Assembly (NCBI GenBank): GCA_964459225.1
Contig: CAYWKB010000001.1
Location: forward strand, 426,163-490,162
Source: an uncultured Candidatus Saccharibacteria bacterium
GTDB lineage: Bacteria; Patescibacteriota; Minisyncoccia; Phycocordibacterales; PALSA-1337
Direction of reading: 5' to 3'
DNA length: 64,000 nucleotides
A program made the translations under genes and the position numbers. How positions within the stretch are numbered: the stretch's first letter is position 1; the number at the start of each line of letters is the position of its first letter. The notes under the pieces were generated by a model, which saw nothing but the letters and a program-made list of their open reading frames with translations, was not told the DNA's origin and searched no databases. Shown here one piece after another: positions 48,788-57,596 of the stretch.

Positions 48788-49321
48788 TTGAGGTACAATA
48801 AATACATGATATATAATATTCATCCAATTTTTGTGCATTTCCCGATTGCATTATTAATAATTTACTCAATTATTAAAATTTTGCCTTTTAATTCATGGCT
48901 TCCAAATATTTCATGGAGACAAATACAAAATTTACTGCTTTCACTAGGTGTGCTTGGTGCAATCGCAGCAGATCAAACAGGGGAAATTGCTGAGCATCTT
49001 GTAAGGCCAACTAGAGCATTAGTTGAATCTCATTCTACTTTTGCATCTATTTCAATTTTTATTTATGCATTATTATTACTCGGTGAATTTTTATATATTG
49101 TTAATCCAATAATAAATAAAAAGTTCCATATAGTTCCAGTCAAAAGACTACTTAGTATAATTGAAGTGACATTGACCAATAAATATCTATCAAAATTATT
49201 AGCATTTGTGGGTATTATCGCAATATCAGTTACTGGACTTCTGGGTGGCGTAATTGTTTATGGCGTTACAGCAGATCCTATTGCGCCTTTTATACTTAAT
49301 ATATTAGGTATAACAATTTAA
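48788..49321 (+). CDS. Hypothetical membrane protein (DUF2231-like)
   Basis: IHPIFVHFPIALL N-terminal motif, 4 TM helices. Confidence 0.35.
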   Translation: MRYNKYMIYNIHPIFVHFPIALLIIYSIIKILPFNSWLPNISWRQIQNLLLSLGVLGAIAADQTGEIAEHLVRPTRALVESHSTFASISIFIYALLLLGEFLYIVNPIINKKFHIVPVKRLLSIIEVTLTNKYLSKLLAFVGIIAISVTGLLGGVIVYGVTADPIAPFILNILGITI

Positions 49322-49323
49322 TA

Positions 49324-50673
49324 TTAATTAATCGTCTTTGGTAGAGAGATGTAAAATGTAGTACCTGCATTTTCCTTTGACTCAAACCATACCTTACCAT
49401 TGTGTAATTCAATTACCTTTTTGACATAATATAATCCCAATCCTGTGCCGTATATTGTGTTTTCTGAACTCTTAGATCTAAAATACTCCTTAAATATATC
49501 CTTCTGATCATTTGCAGGTATTCCTATACCACTGTCTTTAACACTAAATACATGATAATTAACCTCGTTTTTGTAATTTAAAGCAATAGATGTGCCGTCT
49601 TTAGAATACTTTATTGCATTTGAAATAAGATTAGAAATCGCTCTCTTTATCTTTAATTGATCACAGTTTATATGTAAATCTTTTGGAAAATCAGTACTTA
49701 AATTGATTTGAAGATTTTTTTCTTTTGCTGATATATTAAATACTGAAATTAAATCAAAAATCAATTCCGAGATATTTGAATCCTTAATATCCAAGGCATT
49801 TTTATTTTGCTTTTCTAATTTGGCCGATTCAAGTATTTCATTTGCTGTTCTTAATATCTTTCTACTTACATTTCTAATATCATTTAAAATATTTTTCTCA
49901 TTAATTGATATATTGCTACTTGTATCATCTAAAATAGTATCAACAGACCAACCAATTCCCACAAGCGGTGTTCGTAAATCATGGGCAGCAATTGAAACAA
50001 GTTCGGACTTCATTGCTAGTATGGACTCCTCTTCCTTTTTTGTTATATAAATAAAATAAATAAATGTCGCTAAAATAATTGAAATAAGAAGCGGAATTGA
50101 AGCATATAATGTTAAGGTTTTATAGTATTCCTTTGAGCTAATATCAAAACCAATAAGTGCAATAACATTATTATCTTTATCTACAATAGGTGACAGAGCA
50201 CTAATCCAATTTCCCCAGCGATCACTTATTGGACCCTCTATTTTGCTTATTTTATCAGTAAATACGCTTTTAAATACATCACTAGCCTCATCATATATCT
50301 GTCCAGCAGGTGATGAATCAGATGAACTTTCGGGTTCAGAATCAGCATAAAAAAATACTTGCCCATTATTTATTCCAGTTAAATATACAAAGCGAATGTC
50401 GGGATTAATCTTGGCAATTGATGTTAATATATTTTTGATTTCTTGATAATTGTTACTATCGATATCGCTTATAGTTCCCGAAAGAGATTTTAATTTATTA
50501 ATATCAATTGTTGCAGAAATTATTTTTGTTTTTTCTAGAAGGGAATTTGTAGAGACTTTATTTGCTTGTATAATTCCTAATATTGAAATACATATTCCAA
50601 AAAGGATAACAATGACTAATAATATAATTAATCTAAATGAAAACTGCTTATTTTTTTGTAAAATTGAAAACAT
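49324..50673 (-). CDS. Membrane sensor histidine kinase (TM-periplasmic domain-TM, HisKA, HATPase_c)
   Basis: Two TM helices flanking an ~170-aa extracytoplasmic domain; H-box IAAHDLRTPLVGIGWS; N/G boxes (NLISNAIKYS, VKDSGIGIP, GTGLGL). Confidence 0.85.
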   Translation of the reverse strand: MFSILQKNKQFSFRLIILLVIVILFGICISILGIIQANKVSTNSLLEKTKIISATIDINKLKSLSGTISDIDSNNYQEIKNILTSIAKINPDIRFVYLTGINNGQVFFYADSEPESSSDSSPAGQIYDEASDVFKSVFTDKISKIEGPISDRWGNWISALSPIVDKDNNVIALIGFDISSKEYYKTLTLYASIPLLISIILATFIYFIYITKKEEESILAMKSELVSIAAHDLRTPLVGIGWSVDTILDDTSSNISINEKNILNDIRNVSRKILRTANEILESAKLEKQNKNALDIKDSNISELIFDLISVFNISAKEKNLQINLSTDFPKDLHINCDQLKIKRAISNLISNAIKYSKDGTSIALNYKNEVNYHVFSVKDSGIGIPANDQKDIFKEYFRSKSSENTIYGTGLGLYYVKKVIELHNGKVWFESKENAGTTFYISLPKTIN

Positions 50674-50674
50674 A

Positions 50675-51055
50675 TTATATACCTAATGCCTCCTTTGTCT
50701 TATCTACTATCATCTGAATAGTTGAATTATTTTTGTCTAGGAAAAATGAAGGTGTACCCTCAACAATAGCCTTAATTATTGTATCATCAGCAGAAAGGGC
50801 AGTGAGAAGGATAATTTTAACATTTTTGCCATAATCACCATCATCTCTTAACTTTTTCATCATTGTAATACCGTCCATATTTGGCATAGATATATCTAAG
50901 ATAATTAAATCAGGTTTATCTGTCATGGCATTTGAAAGACCTTTAACACCATCAATTGCTGAAGTAACGATAAATCCTTCCTTCAATAAATGCGCAGCTA
51001 GTGGATTAACTACTGTTTGCTCATCGTCAATAATTAGTACTTTATATTTATTCAT
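50675..51055 (-). CDS. Single-domain response regulator (REC only)
   Basis: KVLIIDDEQ...DLIILDISMPNMDG...K; no output domain. The 17-codon N-terminal extension in the ORF track is probably not translated. Confidence 0.8.
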   Translation of the reverse strand: MNKYKVLIIDDEQTVVNPLAAHLLKEGFIVTSAIDGVKGLSNAMTDKPDLIILDISMPNMDGITMMKKLRDDGDYGKNVKIILLTALSADDTIIKAIVEGTPSFFLDKNNSTIQMIVDKTKEALGI

Positions 51056-51106
51056 AAGTACATTATAACAATATAAAAATATAAAATATACAAATGTTAT
51101 TAACAA

Positions 51107-51637
51107 TTAAATTATTCTAGCCTCGTATAGTAATTTAAGTTTTTCTAGACCTCTATATGATTGTACTGCAACTGTATTTCTGGACTGTCCTGTTATTGTT
51201 GCAATTTCTGTTATAGATAGCTCCTGCAAATATCGCATTCTGATTACTTCTCTGTATATTCCTGGTAACTTTTTAATTAAAATCATAATCATTTTACCAT
51301 CCAAAATATCAAATAGTCTGATAGACTCATCAGTACTTGGTTCAAAACCTCTTTCTATTAGTACATCGAGTGATGTTGATTTATTTTTCCTATATTCATC
51401 GATTATCAGATTATTTAGTATTCTATATAAAAAAGCTTTCATTGTGATGATTTTTCCTCCTTTTACCATATATATCCATGTGCGAATAAAAGTTTCCTGA
51501 ACAAGAACGGTACATAACATTGTGTCATTGATTTTATAATTAGCATGCTTATTTAAGCCACATTCAAAACGACTATGTGCATCATTTAAGATTTCTTCTT
51601 TTACTACCCTTGTCTCATTGTCATTAGTTTTATTCAT
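51107..51637 (-). CDS. Sigma-70 family (ECF-type) RNA polymerase sigma factor
   Basis: Region 2 (ETFIRTWIYM...) and region 4 HTH (LQELSITEIATITGQSRNTVAVQSYRGLEKLK). Confidence 0.75.
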   Translation of the reverse strand: MNKTNDNETRVVKEEILNDAHSRFECGLNKHANYKINDTMLCTVLVQETFIRTWIYMVKGGKIITMKAFLYRILNNLIIDEYRKNKSTSLDVLIERGFEPSTDESIRLFDILDGKMIMILIKKLPGIYREVIRMRYLQELSITEIATITGQSRNTVAVQSYRGLEKLKLLYEARII

Positions 51638-51672
51638 TACAATATAGCCGTTTGTAATGATATTCCATTACA
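51636..51672. promoter_or_regulatory. Three-half-site palindromic array CATTACA-N10-TGTAATG-N6-CATTACA overlapping the start of the sigma-factor operon
   Basis: Perfect 7-bp inverted repeats at 51636-42, 51653-59 and 51666-72. A further TGTAATGA occurs about 90 bp further upstream of the operon start (higher coordinate) in the same divergent intergenic region. Confidence 0.4.
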
Positions 51673-51847
51673 AGATTAGTTAAGGTGTCTACAAAATTTA
51701 GCCTGTTTACTATATATTATAGCATTTTATGACTGTAATATCTTTTTGCTCTGTAATGAGTGCACGCTTAATGCGACTATTTTGTAGGATTGAATAAATA
51801 TGGTCGATTGTTTATAGCAATAACTTTATTAATTAATATATAACAAA

Positions 51848-52501
51848 ATGAAAACAAAAAATCTTCTTAAAATAAGTGTATTGGTGGTTTTTGGTTTGGT
51901 TATGCTTCCAAGTATAACTAATGCGGAAGTATTAAATAGACAATTGGAAATGACTATGACAGGTTCTGATGTTTCTGCTCTTCAAACATTTTTAGCAAAA
52001 GATGCAACAATATACCCACAAGGTCTAGTAACAGGATATTTCGGATACCTAACAAAAGCAGCGGTATCAAATTTCCAGACTAGGAATGGTATATCAAGTG
52101 TTGGTAGAGTAGGACCAGCAACACTTCCAGTACTTAATTATCAAATATCACAAGGGTCATTGAACGTTAATTACAATAATTCAGGTATGCAAGCACCTGA
52201 GATAACAAATGTAACTGTAAATGCTGGAAGGAATAACACAACAATTGCATGGTATACAAATGAATCAGCAAAAGGGGCAATATATTACAGTAGTAGACCA
52301 CTTATATTGACCGAACAAATGAATTCAGTTGATGTATATGGTGCAAGCGCAATAATGACCGATGCAAGTTTCAGAACAAATCAAAGTATTACTATACCTA
52401 ACCTTAACGCCAATACTGTGTACTACTACATGATATACACTACTGACGTAAATGGTAATGTAAGTGTTACTTGGCCAGGAACATTTCAAACAACAAACTA
52501 A
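51848..52501 (+). CDS. Secreted protein with peptidoglycan-binding (PG_binding_1) domain and C-terminal FN3-like domain
   Basis: Signal peptide; TGSDVSALQTFLAKD...GYFGYLTKAAVSNFQTRNGI matches the PG-binding repeat; C-terminal beta-rich domain. Confidence 0.6.
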   Translation: MKTKNLLKISVLVVFGLVMLPSITNAEVLNRQLEMTMTGSDVSALQTFLAKDATIYPQGLVTGYFGYLTKAAVSNFQTRNGISSVGRVGPATLPVLNYQISQGSLNVNYNNSGMQAPEITNVTVNAGRNNTTIAWYTNESAKGAIYYSSRPLILTEQMNSVDVYGASAIMTDASFRTNQSITIPNLNANTVYYYMIYTTDVNGNVSVTWPGTFQTTN

Positions 52502-52595
52502 TAGTGAATGTGAATGGGGTAAAAAGTCACTAGCGATCTGGTGGCTTTTTGCTTTATATAAGTAAAACTTTGTATATTGCTTTTATCATAAAAAT

Positions 52596-52919
52596 GTGGT
52601 ATTATGTAAGTGTATGGCTCTTTCATTAACTGATCAGCAGAAAGCTGATTTGGAGATGGTTCATGCCTTCAAGAGATATCTTTACGAAAAATATGAACCA
52701 GTTCCTAGGTGGGTCATTTACGAAAAACTCTTGGAATTTGCAATTTTTGTGCGGGAAAATAATGGAGGCCATTTTAAATGCCAAAATTATATCCTATTCC
52801 ATGAGATAATTGGAAGCACAGGCTACGAAGATTTCGATTGCATTGATGGCTTTGACTTTACTGGTGAGTACAGCATAATCAATTTTATCGAAAAACTTAA
52901 AAAAGAGCTGGTAATATAA
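52596..52919 (+). CDS. Hypothetical protein
   Basis: 107 aa, no recognised domain; first gene of the higher-GC terminal region. Confidence 0.3.
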   Translation: MVLCKCMALSLTDQQKADLEMVHAFKRYLYEKYEPVPRWVIYEKLLEFAIFVRENNGGHFKCQNYILFHEIIGSTGYEDFDCIDGFDFTGEYSIINFIEKLKKELVI

Positions 52920-52923
52920 ACGA

Positions 52924-52962
52924 AAGAGCGCCCTTACCAAATTTGGTGGGCGCTTTCCTTTT
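52924..52962. terminator. Bidirectional intrinsic terminator (long nested palindrome)
   Basis: AGCGCCC-TT-ACCAAATTTGGT-G-GGCGCT flanked by an A-run and TTCCTTTT. Confidence 0.6.
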
Positions 52963-52980
52963 CCACTAGGTGTATGTTCA

Positions 52981-53199
52981 CTAAGCTGCGACAACTACGT
53001 GGTCGGCGATTTCACGTAGTTTTGATATCACTTGTAATGCCTCATCTGATGATTCGATGACAATACCAATAGTAGTTCCTTCTGGCAGAGCATCACATGG
53101 CCTAAAAAGGCACTTATTTCTGATGATTTCCAGAGCCGCTACTTTAGTGATATTTTTAAAACTGACTTCATTTGCTCGGATGAGATTTATACTTTTCAT
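52981..53199 (-). CDS. Small MTH1187/YkoF-like (DUF77, ferredoxin-like fold) protein, possibly N-terminally truncated
   Basis: ITKVAALEIIRNKCLFRPCDALPEGTTIGIVIESSDEALQVISKLREI resembles the central region of MTH1187-family proteins. An in-frame stop lies 8 codons upstream of the ATG. Confidence 0.3.
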   Translation of the reverse strand: MKSINLIRANEVSFKNITKVAALEIIRNKCLFRPCDALPEGTTIGIVIESSDEALQVISKLREIADHVVVAA

Positions 53200-53294
53200 A
53201 TCCGTTTCTTTCAGTTTTGCTCAAACACCTCTACTGATCACAGATCAGTAAACACGAAAGTGAAAGAGCTACCTTTAAACAATATACAACTTAA

Positions 53295-53534
53295 TTGACG
53301 ATTATGCAAGGGGATAACCCTTACTTTTGGAAGGTTGCTATAACACCAGACACAACAGCTGACAAAAAGAACAAGCCAGACAAAAAAATACTTATAGCCG
53401 GCGGTTCCTGCGTATTATCATGCCTACTGAACATAAACATGATAAATAATACAATTGAAACAAAAGCTATGATTATTGCTAGGTCTTTCATGACTGTGAT
53501 TTTTAAGGTTTGTCCTAAATTAATATATCACTAA
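53295..53534 (+). CDS. Hypothetical small protein
   Basis: 79-aa ORF; weak evidence only. Confidence 0.2.
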   Translation: MTIMQGDNPYFWKVAITPDTTADKKNKPDKKILIAGGSCVLSCLLNINMINNTIETKAMIIARSFMTVIFKVCPKLIYH

Positions 53535-53571
53535 AAGTAGATACTGTCTATAGATAAAATACTTTCTAATA

Positions 53572-53823
53572 TTATCTATGTGAACACCCCTGCCAACAAC
53601 ATGGTCTTCTTTTTCCCTTAATCATTTCCTCATTAAATCTTTTCAAATGCTTTTTTCTTGTTTCTATCTTTGCTACAGATATCACCCAACATATCCATTC
53701 ATTTTTTGCCAGTGGAGTTAGACTTTGCCAATTATCAAATACGGATTTATTTGATTTTAAAACAAACTCCATATCATTTGGAATTTTATGTATTGAATTT
53801 CGAGATTTATTAACTTTTATCAT
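53572..53823 (-). CDS. YdeI/OmpD-associated family (PF13376-like) protein
   Basis: NEWICWVISVAKIETRKKHLKRFNEEMIKGKRRP matches the conserved W...AK.ETR..RI motif. Confidence 0.55.
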   Translation of the reverse strand: MIKVNKSRNSIHKIPNDMEFVLKSNKSVFDNWQSLTPLAKNEWICWVISVAKIETRKKHLKRFNEEMIKGKRRPCCWQGCSHR

Positions 53824-53906
53824 TATAATAATATATCATAAAATACATGTCGCAATATTCAAATAACACCATATACATCAAATAAGCTAACTGATAATAT
53901 ATACAT

Positions 53907-54353
53907 ATGAACATAAACACACAAAAAATAACCCCATTTCTTTGGTATGAAAATGGTGATGCACTTGCAGTTGCAAAATATTATAAAGAAATTTTTAAGG
54001 ATAATGTTGAGATTGTAGATGAAAGTGAACTAGACAATACACCATCTGGTAATGTTAGTGTTGTTACAATTAAAATTTTTGGTTTAACAATGAGGATTAT
54101 GTCAGCAGGTAAACATCATTCATTTAATGATTCAATATCATTTGAAATCAAATGTAAGGATCAAACAGAAATTGATTTGTATTGGGATAAAATAATCAAA
54201 GAGGGAAGTGAACAACAATGTGGTTGGTGTATTGATAAATATGGTTTAAGGTGGCAGATAATACCAGATAATCTAGGAGAATATCTAGGTCAGGAAGGTG
54301 GAATGGAAAAGATGTTAAAAATGAAAAAGATAGTAATCGAAGATTTTAAATAA
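53907..54353 (+). CDS. PhnB-like VOC-superfamily protein (3-demethylubiquinone-9 3-methyltransferase-domain family)
   Basis: ITPFLWYENGDALAVAKYYKEIFKD...CGWCIDKYGLRWQI typical of PF06983. Confidence 0.7.
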   Translation: MNINTQKITPFLWYENGDALAVAKYYKEIFKDNVEIVDESELDNTPSGNVSVVTIKIFGLTMRIMSAGKHHSFNDSISFEIKCKDQTEIDLYWDKIIKEGSEQQCGWCIDKYGLRWQIIPDNLGEYLGQEGGMEKMLKMKKIVIEDFK

Positions 54354-54354
54354 A

Positions 54355-54900
54355 CTATTTCATTAAACCTTGTAGCACATTATTGTCTGTAACTTTTAGT
54401 AAAAGCACTGCACCTACTGATGGTTGTGTTGTCATTGCCTCACCGTCATTTCTTTTTGCAAAATTTACATGTATTTCCTTAGAATCAGAGTGAATTTCGG
54501 TTGATTGAGGTGATATTCTGTCTCCAATAAAAAAAGGATTTGTTAATATATAGTTATTTATATTATTAATAGCAACAATAGCATAATAAAAAATCCCACT
54601 ACCGCCATTATCTTGTGTGATAATAAAGACAATATCGTCCAATCCGTCTCCGTTTATATCCCCAACAGCGTCATTACCAAAGTATCTGACTACACTAGAT
54701 GATTTATTTGATATGCCATTTTTTAATGTGATTATTTCATTATCTATTTTAAAAGTGGAATTTTTGGCATCAAAAATATTACCCTTAATAGTATTAACGT
54801 CTCGATTGTATGTATTGTTGTACTTTGAATATACAAATGTGATAGTTAGTAAAATAAGTACAGAGGAAATGATGATTATATTAAATAGCTTTTTACTCAT
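54355..54900 (-). CDS. Secreted hypothetical protein with FG-GAP/calcium-binding-like DINGDGLDD motif
   Basis: Signal-anchor; GDINGDGLDDIVFI. Confidence 0.4.
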   Translation of the reverse strand: MSKKLFNIIIISSVLILLTITFVYSKYNNTYNRDVNTIKGNIFDAKNSTFKIDNEIITLKNGISNKSSSVVRYFGNDAVGDINGDGLDDIVFIITQDNGGSGIFYYAIVAINNINNYILTNPFFIGDRISPQSTEIHSDSKEIHVNFAKRNDGEAMTTQPSVGAVLLLKVTDNNVLQGLMK

Positions 54901-54953
54901 CTAAATATAGTATCAGAAAAAGGGAGGTGGGGGAATTTAGGATTTAAGAAAAA

Positions 54954-54997
54954 GGAAAACCACACCGACTCATTTGAGTGGGTGTGGTCTATTTGAC
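54954..54997. repeat. Copy A of a ~45-nt repeated hairpin-terminator element
   Basis: GAAAACCACACCGACTCATTTGAGTGGGTGTGG (33/33 identical to 56888-56920) + TCTATTTGACGG (9/12 to the copy B tail). CCACACC...GGTGTGG stem; on the minus strand it is followed by a T-run, terminating the methyltransferase gene. Confidence 0.7.
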
Positions 54998-55843
54998 GGC
55001 TAAGATCTGGAAGTAGTATCTTCCACGATCGTTACCCCATTTTTCAATCTTCAGCCTTTCAACTGTAACAGAGCTGAAACCGACCTTAATGAGCAATTTA
55101 ACAACTTGATGGGGAACAAATTGTCTTTTGAAGAATTGACCATATCCCGCAGTCAAATGCTCAATGAATGATAGCTTACCACCAGGTTTTAGGATTCTCC
55201 AAAATTCGTTTAGAAGTGGATTGATCCCTTCTATGTATTTGTAGCCAAAACAAATGGATACCGCATCCAATTCGTCATTGCCGAAAAAAGGTAGAGGATT
55301 TGTTTTCGAAACCTGATTCAAATCACACTGTATCCTTTTCCTATTTCCACAAGGCAGTCTTTCAAGTGATTGTTTGCAGTAATCTAGCATTGTTACTTCT
55401 CTGCCAGAATCATGATTGAGATATGTGACACTTCCACACATTGCTTCTAGTATTTTACCATGCAGTCCTTCCAGTTGATGAACGATAGTATTGAAAACCT
55501 CTGAGTATACAGCATAATTTACTATTTGAAATGCATCCCTTCTCCATACCTCAATTGGAGAAAGACTCATATAAGGTTTAACTCGAAGTCTTCTTAGTCT
55601 TTTTATGAGTTTTTTTGCGCCTTCATAGTTTAGAGCATTGAGGGTATCACCAAGTTCAGTTACTATTTTCTTTGCTCTTTCCTTATGATCCATGAAAACT
55701 TGATAATCAGTGAACCACTTGGGAATTTTTCGATATCCAAGTAGTCTCCACTGTTCTGGAGTAACTATTGGAAGTATTATTCTCTTATATGGATAAATAC
55801 TTCTTCTCTCCACAGAATTCTTGATTATTTTAAACTTAATCAC
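54989..55843 (-). CDS. Class I SAM-dependent methyltransferase
   Basis: Motif I-like LEAMCGSV and post-I ILKPGGKLSF; 284 aa. Confidence 0.6.
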   Translation of the reverse strand: MIKFKIIKNSVERRSIYPYKRIILPIVTPEQWRLLGYRKIPKWFTDYQVFMDHKERAKKIVTELGDTLNALNYEGAKKLIKRLRRLRVKPYMSLSPIEVWRRDAFQIVNYAVYSEVFNTIVHQLEGLHGKILEAMCGSVTYLNHDSGREVTMLDYCKQSLERLPCGNRKRIQCDLNQVSKTNPLPFFGNDELDAVSICFGYKYIEGINPLLNEFWRILKPGGKLSFIEHLTAGYGQFFKRQFVPHQVVKLLIKVGFSSVTVERLKIEKWGNDRGRYYFQILAVK

Positions 55844-55869
55844 TTCTCCTCCTATGTTTAATGTTAAGG

Positions 55870-55886
55870 GAGAGTCAATGACTCTC
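55870..55886. promoter_or_regulatory. Perfect 8-1-8 palindrome GAGAGTCA-a-TGACTCTC (candidate operator)
   Basis: Located 27 nt upstream of the methyltransferase start (minus) and 175 nt upstream of the 56061 cassette. Confidence 0.4.
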
Positions 55887-56006
55887 TGGCTGTTTCCCTC
55901 AATTTATCATGGGATTGCTGGTAGTCAAGGATATTGATACGTATAGTAACTATCAGGCCACAGCTTGTTTTCTGAAATAATCATATATGTGCATAATAAT
56001 ATATTA

Positions 56007-56035
56007 TTGACATAATCTAATAATAGTGCTATGAT
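56007..56035 (+). promoter_or_regulatory. Near-consensus sigma70 promoter (TTGACA-17-TATGAT) for the 56061 cassette
   Basis: TTGACA at 56007-12, 17-nt spacer, TATGAT at 56030-35; ATG at 56061. Confidence 0.5.
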
Positions 56036-56060
56036 AGTATAAGCACTTTGAAAATAAATT

Positions 56061-56498
56061 ATGATAACAATTGATGAAATTCAGGTCATCGCACCAGATG
56101 TTCCTGTGGCAGTTGAGAAGAGAGGGGATACGAAAAATCCTTTCGTATCCCTGTCGGTTCTCACCACTCAGTGCGGTGGGAATGAAGTCCTTGAGGAATT
56201 GCTTAAGGAGATGGTAATCATGTCACTTCGGTATACTGAAACGGTGTGCCGATTTGAGCAGATTGTTTTGCGTGGACAGCAAAGCAATGAAAACGGTGAA
56301 CGTAAGGAGATCGAAGGGATTCGATCCACTGTTCATGATGCAACAATTGCATCGATCAATTCTCTCGCCCGAAATCTTAAAAGATCAGGTGTCGAGTGTG
56401 GTTGGATAACAAAGCTGACTACAGGTGGTCGTCCAGCACATACTAAGTTTGCGATTTTGATCGCATTCGAGGCCGTACTTCAGGAGGGAAATTTATGA
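56061..56498 (+). CDS. Hypothetical protein (145 aa), first gene of a two-gene overlapping cassette
   Basis: ORF with protein-like composition in a 47% GC segment; no recognised domain. Confidence 0.4.
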   Translation: MITIDEIQVIAPDVPVAVEKRGDTKNPFVSLSVLTTQCGGNEVLEELLKEMVIMSLRYTETVCRFEQIVLRGQQSNENGERKEIEGIRSTVHDATIASINSLARNLKRSGVECGWITKLTTGGRPAHTKFAILIAFEAVLQEGNL

Positions 56499-56686
56499 TA
56501 GACAAAATCCTTCAATATTCTGTGCTTGCATTAAAGCACAAGCGACAAGAAGCTACAGGTGAGCAAGTCTCACTTGATGAAATTTCTGAGCTTGAAAGAC
56601 TCAAAAATGAGATCGGTGAGTCGCATGAAGCAATCCTTATAAAAGCATCTGAAGAGATCGTAAGGAGGGTGGAAGGCGGCCATTAA
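56495..56686 (+). CDS. Hypothetical small acidic coiled-coil protein (63 aa), translationally coupled (ATGA overlap)
   Basis: Start ATG overlaps the upstream stop (ATGA at 56495-56498). Confidence 0.35.
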   Translation: MIDKILQYSVLALKHKRQEATGEQVSLDEISELERLKNEIGESHEAILIKASEEIVRRVEGGH

Positions 56687-56712
56687 CATTTAAGGTGTCG
56701 TTGACTCAATTT

Positions 56713-56748
56713 AGCACTCACGAAAGAAATTTCGTGAGTGCTTTTTAT
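56713..56748 (+). terminator. Strong intrinsic terminator after the two-gene cassette, followed by a second hairpin (56753-56782)
   Basis: AGCACTCACGAAA-GAAA-TTTCGTGAGTGCT 13-bp stem + TTTTATT; then AGTGGCCAG...CTGACCACT. Confidence 0.65.
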
Positions 56749-56887
56749 TAAAAAAGTGGCCAGTTTTTACACTGACCACTAAATTACCGAGGAGTGAGCA
56801 TTTATAGACCGAAGGAACTCATAAAGTTCCTAAAAGCCCATTCAGTTTCTGGAGTCGATACTTTCGTTATTCGATTTTAGAATAAAA

Positions 56888-56931
56888 AGAAAACCACACC
56901 GACTCATTTGAGTGGGTGTGGCTTGTTTGAT
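56888..56931. repeat. Copy B of the ~45-nt repeated hairpin-terminator element
   Basis: GAAAACCACACCGACTCATTTGAGTGGGTGTGG + CTTGTTTGATGG; lies downstream (minus strand) of the gene at 56948-57520. Confidence 0.7.
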
Positions 56932-56947
56932 GGGGAAATACATTGCC

Positions 56948-57520
56948 CTATAATTCCTCTATGCAGAATCCTTCAATTATCTCCTGTATCTCGATCCATG
57001 TCGAAGCGATGTGCACTTCATTATAAACAAATTTGTGACAATCTTTCTCATCACGGTCATCTCTTATGCCGGTGAATAAGATCTTATGCTCCACACCAGA
57101 TTTATGCATTGAGTTTAGAACCTCAATTCTGTCATCTATATGGATACTGATTCGCTTTTCTCGCGCTATAGGACCCTTGCCTTTTCTGGTGTAGCAAAAT
57201 GCGACATCTCTCGGGTCAATTAGGTTGGGTACTAGACCTGAGTGAAATAGACTGTATGAAACTCTTGCCTCATTTCCTTTGTCTATTTTGCTGATAACTG
57301 AAAGTTTGCATCCCTTTTGAAGGAGACTAATTAGAACTAACATTGCTCCATCGCAAAGTTGCATTGCATCTGCCTTTTCAATTTGTATTCTAGGTAATCT
57401 ACGGTTAAAAACAGTATCACCCAGATCTAAACCGATATGCGGTTGCTTACCATCTCGATTTCTTAACTTGTACATGTTCAGGTATTGGTTGTGATTTGTG
57501 AATAGCAAAAAGAATGCCAA
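56948..57520 (-). CDS. Hypothetical protein with degenerate HAD-like hydrolase motifs
   Basis: IGLDLGDTVF (non-canonical motif I), ...K..., IHIDDRIEV (motif IV-like). Likely start at MYKLRN (57476). Family call is weak. Confidence 0.3.
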   Translation of the reverse strand: MAFFLLFTNHNQYLNMYKLRNRDGKQPHIGLDLGDTVFNRRLPRIQIEKADAMQLCDGAMLVLISLLQKGCKLSVISKIDKGNEARVSYSLFHSGLVPNLIDPRDVAFCYTRKGKGPIAREKRISIHIDDRIEVLNSMHKSGVEHKILFTGIRDDRDEKDCHKFVYNEVHIASTWIEIQEIIEGFCIEEL

Positions 57521-57596
57521 TTGCTATGTTAATACCTTTTAGTTATTTGTCAAAAGTTTAATGGTCTTGTGGGGGGCGAGAGTTTAGTACTTTTTA

